From positions 72,912,001 through 72,976,000 of the forward strand of contig NC_058376.1 in assembly GCF_018350175.1 (NCBI RefSeq): DNA of 64,000 nucleotides, in the 5' to 3' direction. This document shows positions 62,236-64,000 of the stretch, piece after piece. Origin of the DNA: Felis catus (lineage: Eukaryota). The notes beneath the pieces were generated by a model, which was given only the letters and a program-made list of their open reading frames with translations, was not told where the DNA came from and did no database searches. Numbering within the stretch: the first letter of the stretch is position 1; each line of letters starts with the position of its first letter. The translations under genes were made by a program, and so were the position numbers.

Positions 62236-62767
62236 CTACAAATCCAGAGAACTGTCCCTGATTACTTTTGCAGCCTCATGTCCCAATGCTTCCCTTCATA
62301 CGCCCCCAAATTCCACTTGAGGAATTTCAAAGGATCCTCAGTTTCCATCCAGAACAGCATCATTCAGTCTCCACCTGGGACAGCATTATTCATTCTCCAT
62401 AGCCCAGAACAAATGTCACCTCTGCCGTGATGCCAGAATCAATCCCTTCCTTCCATGAAATCTCATGAAACACTCTTTGCACAACCCTGAGAGCCCTCTT
62501 TGCTCTAACTCTTCCAGCTGTGTCTGTGCATGGCTGTCCCCTTACCACTGGACAGTGAGCTCCTCAGATGCAGGGACCAGGTCTTATTCCTCTAGAGAAC
62601 CTATCAGGGCGTCAGGCACATCATTGGCATTTGGCAAATGAATGAATAAACGAATGAATGAACAAAGCCATGAAGAACAAGTGAGAATGAAGTGAATAGA
62701 AAAGGTATGGGCTGTTTTAAGCAACAGATGAACCAGTTGTTAGGAAAGCAATTAAAAAACAACTACA

Positions 62768-63006
62768 GGGGCGCTTGGGTGGCGCAGTCGGTTAAGCGTC
62801 CGACTTCAGCCAGGTCACGATCTCGCGGTCCGTGAGTTAGAGCCCCGCGTCGGGCTCTGGGCTGATGGCTCAGAGCCTGGAGCCTGTTTCCGATTCTGTG
62901 TCTCCCTCTCTCTCTGCCCCTCGCCCGTTCATGCTCTGTCTCTCTCTGTCCCAAAAATAAATAAACGTTGAAAAAAAATTTTTTTTTAAATAAAAAAAAT
63001 AAAATA
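62768..63006 (+). mobile_element. Young felid CanSINE
   Basis: TSD aaaaaacaactaca-like; CpG-rich consensus. Confidence 0.93.
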
Positions 63007-63059
63007 AAAAACAACTACAAATCTTGGCCCATAGTACTGGTATGAAATACTCAGCTTGA

Positions 63060-64000
63060 AGGAGAATTCTGGGAAGATGGTAGAGTAGGAAGCACCAGGA
63101 ATCTCTCCCCGCCCCCCTGCCCCAGACAAGTGTACTGGCANNNNNNNNNNNNNNNNNNNNNNNNNNNNNNNNNNNNNNNNNNNNNNNNNNNNNNNNNNNN
63201 NNNNNNNNNNNNNNNNNNNNNNNNNNNNNNNNNNNNNNNNNNNNNNNNNNNNNNNNNNNNNNNNNNNNNNNNNNNNNNNNCTTACTGGAACTAAAAAACG
63301 AATTTTTTTTTAACGTTTATTTATTTTTGAGACAGAGAGAGACAGAGCATGAATGGGGGAGGGTCAGAGAGAGGGAGACACAGAATCTGAAACAGGCTCC
63401 AGGCTCTGAGCCATCAGCCCAGAGCCCGACGCGGGGCTCGAACTCACGGGCTGTGAGATCGTGACCTGAGCGAAGTCGGGCGCTTAACCGACTAAGCCAC
63501 CCAGGTGCCCCTAAAAAATGAATTTAGCAAAGTAGCAGGATACAAAGTCAACACACAAAAATCAGTTGCATTTCTGTACACAATGAACGATCTGAAAAGG
63601 AAATCACAGAAACAATTCCATTTACAATAGCATCAAAAAGAATAACATATTTAGGAATTAACTTAACCAAAGAGGTGAGAGATTTGGACAACGAAAACTG
63701 TGAAACATTTCAGAAAGAAACTAAAGAAGGTATAAATAAATGGAAACACATCCCACATTCATGGATCAGAAGACTTAATATTGTTAAACTGTAGATACTA
63801 CCGAAAGCAATCTCCAGATTTAATCCAATACCTGTAAAAAATCTTAGTGATGTTTTTTGCAGAAAAACACAACTTAAAATTCACATGAAGTCTCAAGGGA
63901 CCCCAGAAAGCTAAAACAATCTTCAAAAAAGAAGAACAAACCTGGATGATACAGACTTACTGATGTCAAAACTTACTACAAAGCTACATTAGTCAAAACA
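63060..64000 (+). mobile_element. L1: 5'UTR-like start, assembly gap, then degenerate ORF2 interrupted by a CanSINE (minus strand, 63302-63511)
   Basis: gggaagatggtagagtaggaagcaccaggaatct 5' end; ORF2-like EFSKVAGYKVNTQKSVAFLY; SINE TSD taaaaaa(c/t)gaattt. Confidence 0.85.

Noticed and set aside
51199-64000. Upstream BDH1 exon carrying the TGCDSGFG NAD-binding motif
   Set aside because: Searched by eye and not found. It is most likely beyond the window end, so this is not evidence of pseudogenisation; the three visible exons are intact.

Overview
Mammalian genomic DNA from a felid (young Felidae-type CanSINEs throughout), taken from a gapped scaffold with five N runs. The only protein-coding gene I can support is the 3' half of BDH1 (mitochondrial D-beta-hydroxybutyrate dehydrogenase, SDR family) on the minus strand. 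Its three coding exons are 51057-51198, 43870-44022 and 42156-42625; all have GT-AG boundaries and consistent phases, and they carry the NNAG and YCITK motifs. The upstream exons are not in the window. Positions 1 to ~41.8 kb are intergenic sequence 3' of BDH1, made of CanSINEs, MIR, L2, L1, MLT/ERVL LTRs and hAT MITEs. They also hold two intact solo ERV1-type LTRs with 4-bp target-site duplications (TSDs), an orphan CpG island and several motif-dense non-repeat blocks. I found no convincing new multi-gene system, and the long ORFs in the ORF track are spurious. The most notable details are: a 57-bp L1 ORF2 patch between perfect 16-bp direct repeats; a solo LTR with a 24-bp-period CCAAT array beside the CpG island; a solo LTR with an R-region hairpin and a poly(A) signal co-oriented with BDH1; an RNA G-quadruplex just after the BDH1 stop; CTCF-type motifs; and inverted young SINEs around the 142-nt exon. 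Repeat family names come from recalled consensus sequences and their boundaries are approximate unless a TSD is quoted.
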